This document shows positions 19,901 to 31,619 of a stretch of 64,000 nt of DNA, one piece after another. The stretch covers positions 1,426,001-1,490,000 of the forward strand of contig BQFW01000009.1 in NCBI GenBank assembly GCA_020891255.1. The letters run 5' to 3'. The position numbers and the translations under genes were made by a program. Under the pieces are notes generated by a model. The model was not told the origin of the DNA and searched no databases. It saw nothing but the letters and a program-made list of their open reading frames with translations. The stretch is from Entomortierella parvispora E1425 (Eukaryota; Fungi; Mortierellomycota). The first letter of the stretch is position 1, and every line of letters begins with the position of its first letter.

Positions 19901-20731
19901 TCTCTGTTCGATTACTTCCTAATCTCCGAAGCCAGAATGGGCTATCGAATGGCTCTCCATCAGTGTTGTCACAGAAAGGATCGAGCAGAGACTCCTCTGA
20001 CGCATGCTTGGGTCGCGGTGATTCATCTCCAATGCTGGGTCGCGGCGACTCTTTTCCAATGTTGGGTGGCGTCGAATTTTTTCCAATGTTGAATTGCGTT
20101 GATCCTCCAATGTACGCAGCCTGAGAAGTCGGAGAAAGAGCCTGTGCCTCCATGACAAAGGGTAAAGGTTGGGCCATATCGGTAGCACCAGAACCATTGG
20201 TAGTTCCCTAATCGATATGAATGGGAGGAGGTGGATACATCTGTTAGAAAAGAAAACGCGAGCAGCACATATTTTTTAACGATTTTTTTCATACTTGGTT
20301 GGCCACAATTGGTGACTGTATGAATCTTGGCGTTTGTAAGGTTTGTGAGGTGCGCGGGGTTCGTGGAGTTCGTGGTGCTCGTGGTGCTCGTGGGGTTTGT
20401 GTTGTTTGCGGGGTTCGCGGAGGAGCACCTGGGGAATCAAGACGAAATCGTCCCTCACCCTATTGTAAATCACAGAGTTAGAAGAGGCCACACCAGGAAG
20501 AGGCCACCAGGCACCACATCAAGCTACTCACCTTGGTGCTACGCGATCTTCTCGGCGTTCCCGGGATATCTTGATCAGATTTGCTAAGAGCATCATGACT
20601 ACAACAGAAAATATGAAGAGATGAAGAAAAATAGAGCAGATGGACGCGTGGGCGACTCTGAGCATCATGGACACCCGAGACGCGTCTCCTCACCTCTGCT
20701 CGATTGGTCTTTTGCTTGCCATCTTTGTCAT
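16922..20731 (-). CDS. Academ-type (DUF6589-like) DDE transposase (~1,080 aa after correcting two frameshifts)
   Basis: Core 19417-16922 with motifs SQQCNAFQ, VYDNIN, AGDQMT, FHLQM, AIKAGDLGR, Y-ALELL, LVNPKG..MPTDMYQEIIN. Upstream exons 20731-20694, 20598-20532, 20459-20295, 20207-19807, 19574-19496; the last junctions are less certain. Frameshifts near 18754-58 and 17462-64. Confidence 0.8.
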
Positions 20732-21083
20732 TTAATCAGATGAAGGGTATAAAGAAGAGGTGGCAGGAGCTGAATGCAAGATCGGAACGCGGGGTTTATG
20801 AAAGAAAGTGGTGGCATTGAAAATGAAAAAATGGAAGAAATTAACCCCATTCAAGCCGGGCGACGAGCGATGGCATGGCTGCATGGCTGGCATTACTCTC
20901 ACTATTTTATTATTATTAGAGTGAATTTATTTAAAGTTTTTAAATTACACTATTTATCAGAGAATTTTTTTTCCTTTTTTGGACGAAAAAATTATTTTGG
21001 GTCATCCATAGGAAAGGGTGAGATTTGCGCCCAGCCCCTCTGAAGTGAAGGAGTGAGCAAAGAGGGGCTGGGTTCAGAGCTTC
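20063..21083 (-). repeat. Right terminal inverted repeat (1,021 bp)
   Basis: Reverse complement of 13486-14506. No differences in the segments I compared. Confidence 0.95.
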
Positions 21084-21092
21084 GGGGGGGGA
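21084..21092. repeat. Right target-site duplication GGGGGGGGA
   Basis: Follows ...GAGCTTC, the end of the TIR, directly. Confidence 0.85.
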
Positions 21093-21303
21093 TGTGTTTG
21101 TTTGGTGGCAAAAAGGACGGGTTCGGGGTACGGGGAGGAAGGAGCTTGTTTATTTGGATTGTGCAACGGGAATAGTCTTATTAGTTTTATCAGACTAAAA
21201 ACTATCCTCACTCCCACTCGTCTCGTCTCTTTGCTCATCAACACTGGTCATGTCCATCAACACACACACTCTCTCTCTTCTGGGTCCTCTCCTCATTCTT
21301 CAC

Positions 21304-21342
21304 TCTCCTCTCCTCTCCTCTCCTCTCCTCTCCTCTCCTCTC
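21304..21342. repeat. (CTCTC)n pentanucleotide tract
   Basis: Seen directly upstream of the permease ATG. Confidence 0.85.
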
Positions 21343-21523
21343 ATCAAGACCAAAGCAGCTAGAGATAAAAAGATTGCTTTCTTTCATCGTCATCTTTTCT
21401 TCTCTACCTGCGACATTCCCCATCTCTGCTCTACCCCGGGATTCACCTCTCTTCTGATCCCTGCATCTTGGTCCAGGAACTTCACTTCCTCACTTCTCCA
21501 CATATACCTCCTTCTCCATCATA

Positions 21524-23990
21524 ATGTCATCCGACAAGGGCCTCATCGATCCCTTCAATCGAGACGACTCTCTAGAGCTGGACCGTCTAGACCATCATGC
21601 CAACGCCGGTGCCCATAGATACCAAATAGACCCTCTCGACTCATCGGATGGCGAAGACGACGATCTCGATGGGATCGACGAACACCATACCCTCACCGGC
21701 ACCGCGAAAAAGAGCCATCTCGACGCTTCCATGGTCTCATCCCATGGCACTTCTCCATTAGCCCACCTGCACGGCCAAGGCGATGAAGACACGATCGATG
21801 TCCACATTATCCCCCTCTCCTCCTCAGAACCCATCGACCGTCAAAGAGGCGATCTTCAAAAGAATGTCACCTTCATCAACGGACTCTCGCTCGTGATCGG
21901 ATCCATCATTGGATCCGGTATCTTTGCCTCTCCAGGACCCGTCCTAGCCTACTCAAAATCTGTCGGCGTCTCGCTCATTATCTGGTTTGTCTCGGGGCTG
22001 TTGGCGTTTGCAGGATCTCTATGCTACGCTGAACTGGGAAGCGCGATGCCAACATCAGGAGGAGGCGAACATGCATACCTGAACCATGCTTTTGGAAGTT
22101 TACCCGCATTCTTGTTCAGTTGGAGCTCCATCTCCACGCTGAAGGTAACTTTGAAAACCTTTTTGTTCTTCCTCTTCCACTCCAAATGACTTTATTTGGG
22201 TGCTGCTGCTGCAAGGAGGTTCTTTTTGCTGCTTCTTTCAATAGCACTTCAGACTCTTTTGCTTCAACCCCCTCCTCTCCTCGGCCCCTTGACAAGATAT
22301 GCACCACGCTAACTGACACTCTCTCCTTTCCACTCTACTCTTTCTTTTTTTTCTTTTACGCCTGTTCTCAGCCAGCAGGAAATGCGATTATCTGCGTAGG
22401 TGACTTGACACGTTGACAGAGGGGGACACATTCAAGGAGCAGTCGATCCATTTCAGTGGATGGTCCCACAAAGGCCCCAAAATTTGGATTGATGGCGTGA
22501 AGACACGAGGATTTTTTTGTTTTTTTGGCCTGTTTGACGTGGTGACACGGAATACGAGCTAGAATCAAGACCACACACGCTTACACACCCGCATTCCTCA
22601 AACATACTCTAGGTCGTTTTCGCAGAATATGTCGTCAACATCATTGCACAGTCCGCATGGGATCCATCAACACCGTTGAGGCATTGGTCTAATAAGCTCG
22701 TCGCCATTGCCTGTGTACTTTTCCTCTCAGGACTGAACTCGATCAGTGTCTCTGTTGGAACCAGGATCCAGGATGTCTTTACCTTTATCAAAGTCGTGAC
22801 GCTGCTGGTCATTGGCATTGCCGGTTTGGTAGTCTTGGGTCAAAAGTCGTTGTCGAGTCATAATTTCGACCATGCTTTTGAGGGCGAATCAAACCCCAAC
22901 CTGGGCGACGTCGCATTGGGCTTGTATTCTGGATTGTGGGCATACGACGGATGGAACAACCTGAATTATGTCTCTAGCGAGATGAAGAACCCTACCAAGG
23001 ATCTTCCTAGGGTCATCTTTGCCGGTGTACCGATTGTTATCATCTTTTACTTGTTGGCCAACACTGCCTACTATGCTGTTCTTCCAGAGTCCGTGGTCAT
23101 GAACACCAACACTGTCGCCATTGTATGTTTGATTTGTCTTTTTTTTTTTTTTTCCCTTTGTGTCAACTATCGCATGGAGTGCCTTTGCTGACTGGTGAAT
23201 TTTTTTTCTTTATATACATAGGACTTTGGCAAGCAAATGTTTGGGAACACTGGAGGAGTATTGTTTGCTATTTGTGTCGCCTGCAGTTGTTTTGGAGCCG
23301 CAAACGGATCTATCTTCACAGGAGCGCGTGTCATCTATGCCTCAGCGCGTGAAGGCTATCTTCCAGAGATGTTTGGAAAGGTCAATGAGAAACGGAGGAC
23401 ACCAATTGCTGCTCTCGGACTTCAAGCAGCCATGACGACAATTATGATTCTTGGAGGCACCTTCTCGACCTTGGTCAACTTTTTTTCAGTAGCAGCATGG
23501 CTCTTGTAGGTGTTTTCTTCGTCGGCGCGGCAGCATCTAGATAAGGCCTCAAGGGATTCAATTTTTTGGAGACTAATTCTCTGACAACATTTCTTGATTT
23601 CATAGCTATCTGGCCAGCGTTGTAGGTCTACTCTATTTGCGGTACTGCGAACCCAACCTGAAGCGCCCCTTCCGGGTATGGACCATTGTCCCGATCCTAT
23701 TTACATTCTTGGGACTCTTTTTGTTCCTCATGCCCTTTATCCGCGCTCCACTCGAGTCATGTTTGGCCATGGTCTTGGTCCTTGCAGGTTTGCCCCTATG
23801 GGTCATCAAGGAGCTGGTCTCGGGTAACAAGGGATCACGGTGGCAAGGTATGAGAAAGCATGTGGACAAACTCGTTTTCGTTACTGCCCCTTGTAGCACA
23901 ATCTTTTTTTTTTTTTTTTTTTTTTATTTGAAGAAAAAAAAAATTGGGCGAAGCAAGAATTTAGGGCGCTTGACTTACCCATGGAGATGA
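21524..23990 (+). CDS. LAT-family (SLC7/MUP1-like) amino-acid permease, multi-exon
   Basis: GLSLVIGSIIGSGIFASP, CYAELGSAMPTSGGGEHAYL, GLYSGLWAYDGWNNLNYVSSEMKNP, ASAREGYLP, PNLKRPFRV. GT-AG introns lie between the ORF segments. Confidence 0.9.
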
Positions 23991-24383
23991 ATGTGGACAT
24001 GAGATGCATTCAAGTACTGATAGCCTCCTCTTCTCTCTCCCTGCTAGATCTCAAAACGAAGGTGATGCACTCTCTAGGGTTTGCGCCTTCAGGCGGTCGA
24101 CATGAACGTCTTCCTGGCCATTAGAAGAGGAAAAAAAAGACAAATAAAAAAAAAGTTGAAAACCTGCTCCAATTAACACCTTCCCATCCCCACTTCTCAA
24201 AAAGCTCAAAGAGATGAACCAAACCAGACCCACTCCACCAAGACCATGGACTTGAGAAATCGTAAGTTACAGTAGTGAACCCATCAAGAATCGAAGGATT
24301 TATTTTTTGCTCCGTAAAAAAAAAGTCCGAGGTTTTTTTTTAAAAAAATTCAAAAAAGCTTTCTTAAAAAGAACAGGCTTTCT

Positions 24384-25146
24384 TTACTCCTCGCAGACCT
24401 GGGTCTCGAGACCCTTGAAGGAGGTGACGGGAACGTACGAGACGTAGGTGTACAACTTCTCCTTGGCCTCCTCATCATCGTTACGCTTGCGGGACAAGCG
24501 AACGCGGATGCGGTGCTGGACGGTCTTGATACCCTTGGACCAGATCTGCTTGTTCAAGCTGGGGTCAACACGGACATCGGAGGTACCCATGGTCTTCTGG
24601 GCGAAAGCCTTGATGGCCTTGATGGCGTGGGGAGCACGCTTCTTGAAGGATCTGATAGATTATCGATAGAAAAAATAGGAGTATGTCAGGTACTATTCAT
24701 TGGTCAAGGGTGTTGGATATTGCAGGTTGGTCCTGAACACTTGAAGCAATTGTAGTGCGCCGATTCCCTCAATTCTCTGCTGACGATCCGTCGATCGCGC
24801 TGAAGGGGCGGTAGTATTGGGTGGTTCTTTATCATTCTCCTGACAAGACCGGAATCTGACCTCAATTCCCATATTTCAGGAACAACGACGAATTGATTAA
24901 AAGACTTTGTTCGATCCTGTCAAGAGACTGTTTTTCAAGAGTCGTTGTTGCCTTCCTCTGCCTCCATCCAAAGTCCATGTGCTTGCTTCTTCTCGTCTTC
25001 AGATTTCCTGAATTAATAATATAATTCAAATAAAAAAAAGTCGATATTTACCTGCCGTGGACGTGCTTGTGCAAGTGAATGGTGTACTCACGAGCGACAA
25101 CGTCGTGGATGGTAGAACGCTTGGTACCCTTGGATTCCTTGGCCAT
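24384..25146 (-). CDS. RPL31: 60S ribosomal protein L31 (eL31)
   Basis: [17 protein letters not shown]|[40 protein letters not shown]. One intron, 24652-25051. Confidence 0.97.
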
Positions 25147-25789
25147 TTCTAAATTTTGAACAGGAAATATCCAGCAGGTGTGAGTTGTTTGTTTTGGGTC
25201 TTTTTTTTGGTGGTGGCCGTGGTTCAAAGATCTGTCTGCTGTGAAGATCGTTGTATTGTCGAAAAGCCGATGTCTGATCCGATTGGCGACAAACAAGATT
25301 CAAACCAGCATAGATTGTCCATGCGAAAGAGAAAAAAAAAGTGGTTGATTGTGTCTTCTTTTTTCCAGATTGAAGATTTGTCGATGATGCATGTTGAAGC
25401 AGAGTTGGATTCTTCCCGATGAGTATGAGGTTGTTCCGATGATCACTAGCACAACGAGATCCGTAGGTGCATGGGTTCTCCAGAGTGTCTCCCGCAGCGA
25501 TGGATGGATGGATGCATGTCTCCCTGTCGGGTTGAACAATGGATGTAAAATCTCCCGTCGTTCGCACCTGAAAGCTTAAATGTGAGAGGAAGATCAAACT
25601 GGGACCAGTCTGGACGGACTATTTGACCGAGCCGATTTTCAATTAAGGGTGTGCTGTGACCCTTTTTGAACTCTTTTTTTTTTCTCTAGAGAGGGCGGGC
25701 TGCTGGCTCAGTAAAGTTTGGTCGCAGAAAGACGCGTCGCAATGAGCAAAAAGGGACAAAGGCAAGGCAAGGCAAGGCAAGACGCGCAG

Positions 25790-25872
25790 ACACAGACAGA
25801 CAGACAGAAGACAAACAGACGGACGGACGGACAGACGGACGGACGGACAGACGGACGGACGGACAGACAGAC
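25790..25872. repeat. (GACA/GACG)n tetranucleotide tract
   Basis: Seen directly in the RPL31/deacetylase intergenic region. Confidence 0.85.
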
Positions 25873-26174
25873 ATCTTGGGATACATAGAGACAGAACGCT
25901 CCATCACCCTTTGCCTCCTACTTTTCTGTCTTTTCTTTATTTATCGCGCTCGTTCATCTCCTCCCTCTCTTTCTCTCTTATCTCTTTTTTTTTCTATCAT
26001 TATCCCTTGCCATTTTCCCGATTGCTGTGCAACTCGGCTATTCAAACCCCACGTCTTTGTTCCTCCTCATATCAAGACAACCCATCCACGCGAGGCACTG
26101 CACAAGGCTGGCCTCTTAGAGAGCGGATCTCACACACTACATCCAATCCACAACAATTTTTTCAGCCGACAACC

Positions 26175-27726
26175 ATGCTATCCACCTCAATCTCCGGATT
26201 TGTCCCCTTCGTGATCTGCTGTGTTCTTTTACTCTTGACAGGAGTTCAGGGTTCACCAGCATCAGCACCCACCTCAGCCTCGGGCGCACCCTCCCACAAG
26301 GCAAAAGCCTCCAAGCCTCAAAGAGCGTCCTCCTCTTCTTCCACCCCTGCCTCGATCTACCCACCTCCTGATCTTGTCCCTTCCCTAGACTCTCCCGAGG
26401 TTCAACAATGGCTTCAAGAAGTCGATCTCTCACAGGCACCCAACATCCCCTCCAACAAGGGAGAGCCCCCAACCTGTGGTACCGGATGGACCTTGAACCC
26501 CAAGAGTTGTTACACCCCCTGTCAAGAGTGTTCTGCCGATGATGTCGTGACCTGCCCGGATCAGGATGTGTGGGGTCTAACCTTTGATGATGGACCGTCC
26601 AAGGCCACACCAGCCCTGTTACAGTTCTTGGAGAAGAAGCAATTGAAGGCCACGTTCTTCTTGATTGGAGGCAATGTTGTCCAGTTCCCAGAGTTGGCCA
26701 AGAAGGAGAGCGAATCCGGCCATCATTTGGCCTCACACACGTAAGTTTCCATTTTCCTTTTTTGCATCGTTGTGCTAATTTTGAGATCTATAATGACTGG
26801 TGTCGCATGGCCATATAGCTACTTTTCTTGTTTTGTTATCACCCTTGAGAGAACGCGATGGAACTGAGAGCCAACAAGATATGGAAACCAACAACATATC
26901 AAAGAGATTAGACAAGAGGGAGGAGAGAGGGAGTGTGTGTGTGTGTGTGTAGGTGTGTATAAGAACATGAGAGTTGCCATGTCAGAGCATCGAGCTAGTG
27001 AGCTTTTCGGAAAGGGAAAGGGAAAGGGAAAAAGAAGGGACCGAAGGGCTCTTTATTTTCTCTCAGTTTCCTGGGCTAGTAAAACGGAGAGGATGTGTGG
27101 ATGATTATCCCTTTGGACCGTTTGGCTCCCGCCATTGCAATTACAGCCACCCAAAAGAAAACAAGGGGGGACGAGAGGGTTAGAAGGAGGTGAAAAATCA
27201 CTGTTGACTATCTATAGGTCGTACTTGGAATGGGATGGAAGGGACGAGTAGTTCAACTCTCGGCACAAGGAGACCCAAAAAAAGTTACCGAGTAACTTCA
27301 AGAGGATATTGGGAAACATCCCCCGGACCTTGGAACCGCGTCTGCTCTCGTTGTTCTTCAGATCTTGACGCGTTTCCTCTAACCGAGCCCCCGCTCTTTC
27401 TTGATTCTTTCACTTTTTGGATGTCGCTCTAGTTGGTCTCATCATCCTCTGACGACTTTGACCAACCAACAGATTGTGGCCGAGATGAAGTGGACTGAAA
27501 AGGCCATTATGGACGCGACAGGTCACAAGGTCCGGTACATGCGTCCACCCTATGGTGATGTTGACAACAGGGTCCGTTTCGTTCTCAAACAGATGGGCTA
27601 TGTGGTCGTCGACTGGTCCGACACCTTTGATACCCTGGACTGGCAGAGTAAGTTGAACGTTTTGATCGTTCGCCTATCATCTTCAGATCAGGGTCGCGTC
27701 CTTACTTACGTCTCCACTTTATCCAC

Positions 27727-27763
<37 letters not shown>

Positions 27764-28327
27764 CTCTCTCCTCTTTCAGTCCCACTCCATCACAGGACCA
27801 GGAAGGAGGCCGAGGTCGGATTCCAGGCTTCGATTCAAAAGTACCTAGCCCGCAAGGCTGCCGGAAAGCCAGGCTTTATTTCTTTGGAACATGATCTGGC
27901 CGACATCAATGTCGATCTTGCCCAGACCCTGATCACCTACGGCGCCAACAACAACTTGACGATCCGTTCCATTGCCGACTGTCTCCATGACCCCAACCCA
28001 TACGCGGCCATCAACTACGCACCGGGTGTCAATGGTGTCGCCGTTGGCTCTATTCCTCCCTCCTCCACGCCCAAATCAGACACAGACGGACTGGATTTAC
28101 CCCAGTACCGTGGTAAAACCAGTTCTACTTCTTCAGGGGGTTTGTCTAGATTCAGTCCTCGACAGCAGCACTTTTTGGGGAACCTTTTCTTTGGATCCCG
28201 CGCCTCTGCCGGTACCGCCGATGGCCACAACGCAACTCGATTCTCTAGATGGCTCGTGGCAGTCGAGAGGATCTCTTGGTCAGGGGCCATTCTGGTTTCA
28301 TTCGTTGCGGGCTTGGCTTCTCTCTAA
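26175..28327 (+). CDS. Chitin/polysaccharide deacetylase (CE4), secreted, probably GPI- or membrane-anchored
   Basis: Signal peptide, WGLTFDDGPS, HHLASHT|WSHH, YMRPPYGD, DTLDW, FISLEHD, hydrophobic C-terminus. Introns 26741-27432 and ~27648-27779. Confidence 0.92.
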
Positions 28328-28555
28328 TGGACACACAGGCGGGAGACCATGGACTTGTATCCTTTTTTTTCCCATTTACACACCAAGTCATACGCTCCAA
28401 CTGGCATCTTTCATCACATGTCATATTGCATCCTCATTCATAGATCCAATGGACTTCATTCTATAAACAGTGGCAATCCTGTCAGAACTCTTTTTAAAAT
28501 ATATGTTTAATTACTACAAGTACAAGGCTGATACTTTTGCAGAGATCCTTCATCT

Positions 28556-30995
28556 TTACAAGGGACCATCCGTTTTTGGGAACTGATGCCTAGGGACTGC
28601 CTCGCTCTTCGCCCTGGCTAGTTGAATGACGCGTTGTCTATGGGCTCCATTGTCAGTCTGATCCCTGTACTTGTCCTTCAACATGACCTGGTCGCGATGA
28701 ACCAACAGATTGCCATTCGCTTGGTCATATTGCTTCAGCTGAGCCCATCGTACCGTCCTCTTGCGACTTCCAGTCTTTGGCTGAGCTGACGCCGAATACT
28801 GGAAGCGAGGAACAAGCTCCATCAGCCGATTCACCTCGGCTTCACTCCATGGACGGTTCTTTTTTCTCTTCTTGACAGGTTCGGCTGCTCCTGGAGCTGT
28901 GAACGATAATACAGATGCGGCTTCAGACACGGCGCGAGAAGGGGTTGATGGGGGTGATGATGGTTCCCGTTTTTGGACTTCTTTCGGTTCCGATTCCGTC
29001 TCTGGTTCTTGCTCTGGTTCCTGCTCTGGTTCTTGTTCTTGTTCTTGTTCAGGCTCTTGTTCAGGCTCTTGTCCAGGCTCTTGTCCAGGCTCTTGTCCAG
29101 GCTCTTGCTCGGGCTCCTGTTCTACTTCTGGTTCTGGAGAGGCAGGATCCCAAGAGGGCCGAAGAAGCTTTGGATCAATTGCCCTGAGTTTCCTAGGAGG
29201 AACTTCGGCTCCATCGTCTTCGAATTCAGAATCCGATCTTTCCCTCTCACGAATGCCAGCTGAACGTCCTAGCCTTTTAAACACACTCGAGGCCGTCCGT
29301 TTCAACAGGTTGCGCGAAATAATTTTGACAGGAATATCGCTCTGATTTGGCTCCCGTGCCTTTGTAGGTTTCTGTACTGGCATGGGTGATGGTTCAGGCA
29401 CTGGATCATCTGTTGTCTCTGGCACGGGTGACTGAGAGACGAGACGAGAGTTCCTTCTGCCTGATCTCCTCCTTCTAATGAGCGGTTCATCTTCTTCTTC
29501 CTGCTCTTCTTCCTCTTCCTCATCGTCATTGTTGTCTTCCTCATCCTCTTCCAGTACATAATCCTCATCATCGCTGTCCTTGCGACGACGGCGCCTTTTC
29601 TTATCCTCTTCTGCTGGTTCCACATAATCAGGGTCGTCGATGGAGGGTTCATCGTCAAAAGGTTCGTCATAGCCAATGTCAGATTGTTCAGGAGTTGGAA
29701 ACGATTCAGGCTGCAAATTCGTAAATGGTTCCTGGGTCTGATAGGGCTGATCTGTCACGTCCTTTTCCATGACCGATGGGAACCAAATGGCCTCAATATC
29801 GTCAAATTTCTCGGTCGTGCTCTTTGTCAACGTTGGGTCTTTGTAAAGATCCTCAATGCTCTCCTCGTATGCTTCTACAATAAGTTGTACGCTGTCCATG
29901 TCTTTAGGTGGTTGCACTGATCCCGTTGTCAGCATTTCTCCAATTTGCGTAGAGATTCGCTTCAGTGTGTTTTGGTATAGTCCATAAAGATGGTTTTCGT
30001 CTTTGGAGGCACGCTTTGCAATGTCGACGATCAGCTTCTAATAAAAGCGAAAAAAAGAGCAAAGTAAAAAGAAATATGTAAATGTTCAAGTCTGAGTCTC
30101 AGTTGTCGTATGTACTTCACATTCTGGTAGAGCCATACTGTTGAGACGTGATCGTTCATCACTGGTGGATCGCGTGAGAATGACCATACGGACTCCATTA
30201 TCCGTTCAACGCCATTCGTACTGAGGTCGTATTCATCTTTGCCATGTTGTTCCTCTACGGCCTTTGCTCCCAAGGCCACCACCTATCAAGGCAAGAAAAA
30301 AAAAGTTAATTGAAATCGAACGAATTGTGCTTGCTACAAAATTTCCAATGAGAATATACATGTCTGACTTACCAGGGCCACGAGCTGCAAATATGTTTTC
30401 CAAAAGGCTTCATTCTTATCATCATCCTGATCGTCTGAAGGCTCTGGTCGAAACAGGCGAACATAACCCGTCAAGCCTCTCTCGCAGTTGTGAAGATGGG
30501 GCTCTGGTTTGAAGAGTTGGTGAGCGACTGTAGCCAGGTTATAGCGCTGAAGGAATCCAGGTGCAGCATTCACTTTTCTGACTTGCGACTCCTCCAGGTA
30601 AACAAAACCGCGCGATGGTTGGAAGATTTCCTTGACAATGCCTGACATGTCCCAGCAAGAAAACGAAAATAGATTAGTTCATCGCGTTCCTTGTTTTGAC
30701 TTTTTCCATTGTGGTGGTAATGCAGATGCTTCTCGTCTGTTGTCGTCATTTCGATTCACTCACGATGTATCTTTTTCCATTGGTAGACCATTTCCTTCCG
30801 TTCTAAACGAGCTTGGCGGATGGGATCTTCTAGTTTCTGGATTCTCAGTAGGAGAGCAAATGTGGTGGCGTCCAGCGCGTCCAAGGGCGACTGCTCGTCT
30901 TCCTCAATTTCGTCCAGGATGGCATGGTCGAGTGGACTGTGGATGGCGGCGGTGGCGGTCCACTTTTTCAGCTTTTCAGGAGAATGGGGAGCCAT
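28556..30995 (-). CDS. TRF/Tbf1-like protein with a C-terminal telobox-type Myb domain
   Basis: C-terminal RPWSEAEVNRL...WAQLK...RDQVMLKDKYR (telobox-like), acidic low-complexity linker, and upstream exons (MAPHSPEKLK.., YNLATVAHQLF). 5' exon structure is approximate. Confidence 0.6.
29002..29135. repeat. 12-bp coding minisatellite (EQEP/GQEP repeats)
   Basis: GGCTCTTGTCCA-type units in tandem inside the Myb-protein ORF. Confidence 0.85.
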
Positions 30996-31619
30996 GGTTG
31001 GCCAGTAGCAGGGTAAGGACGAGCGATGGAGAGGCCAGAAAGTGGGAGAAAAGCGAAGCAGAAAAAGGAAAGGGGCAAGCAACATGAATGATCACGTGAC
31101 TGATCAAATCTTGGACTTATCAAACGTCTGCGACCTCGAACCTTTTCTCCCTCCCTTTAAACTTCGCAAAAGTAATTGCTGGCCTGCAGATGTCTGCGGA
31201 TGGGTTGCATCCATCGGTCAATCAATCAATCGGAACCATCCATCCATGCATGCATGCTGCCTCACTGGAATACACCACCACCCGACTCGGCAGAAACCGT
31301 CGTCGCTGGATCCAGAATCGATTATCGGCAAAAAAAACTAGAAACCTCCATCCTCATCGACTTGGTCCAACATGACATCTTGGAAAGGAATCAGTGGCCG
31401 CCAAAAGACAGACTCTCATCAGAGAGCAGACATCTAGGATTCAGTGGAGACTTCAATCACGCAATGTAGCCAACATCATTCCTTGTTGATTTCCTACTTC
31501 ATTCATCGGATCGGCTTGTGGACTTCAACCATACATGGATTTATGTTACCTAAAAATCCAGATCAGTCTTTGAGTTAGAAGCATGAGGCTAATCAAGTCT
31601 CTATTCCCGCCTAGAAAAG

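Larger units (their letters stand above)
13486..21083. mobile_element. AcademH-like DNA transposon (helicase + transposase), 7,598 bp
   Basis: 1,021-bp TIRs, 9-bp TSD, convergent SF2 RecQ-like helicase and DDE-type transposase genes. This architecture matches the AcademH lineage as I recall it; the family call is not confirmed by search. Confidence 0.85.

Noticed and set aside
13486-21083. Classifying the element as Mutator/MULE because of the 9-bp TSD and long TIRs
   Set aside because: The transposase lacks recognisable MULE features, and the paired RecQ-like helicase fits AcademH.
27648-27779. Stop-free, in-frame intron in the deacetylase as regulated intron retention
   Set aside because: The frame depends on the length of a ~35-nt poly-T run, which is unreliable, and the read-through text is poly-Phe.
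31085-31105. TCACGTGACTG (E-box/Homol-D-like) in the RPL34/Myb-gene divergent promoter
   Set aside because: A single short match with no way to test enrichment here; too weak to call.
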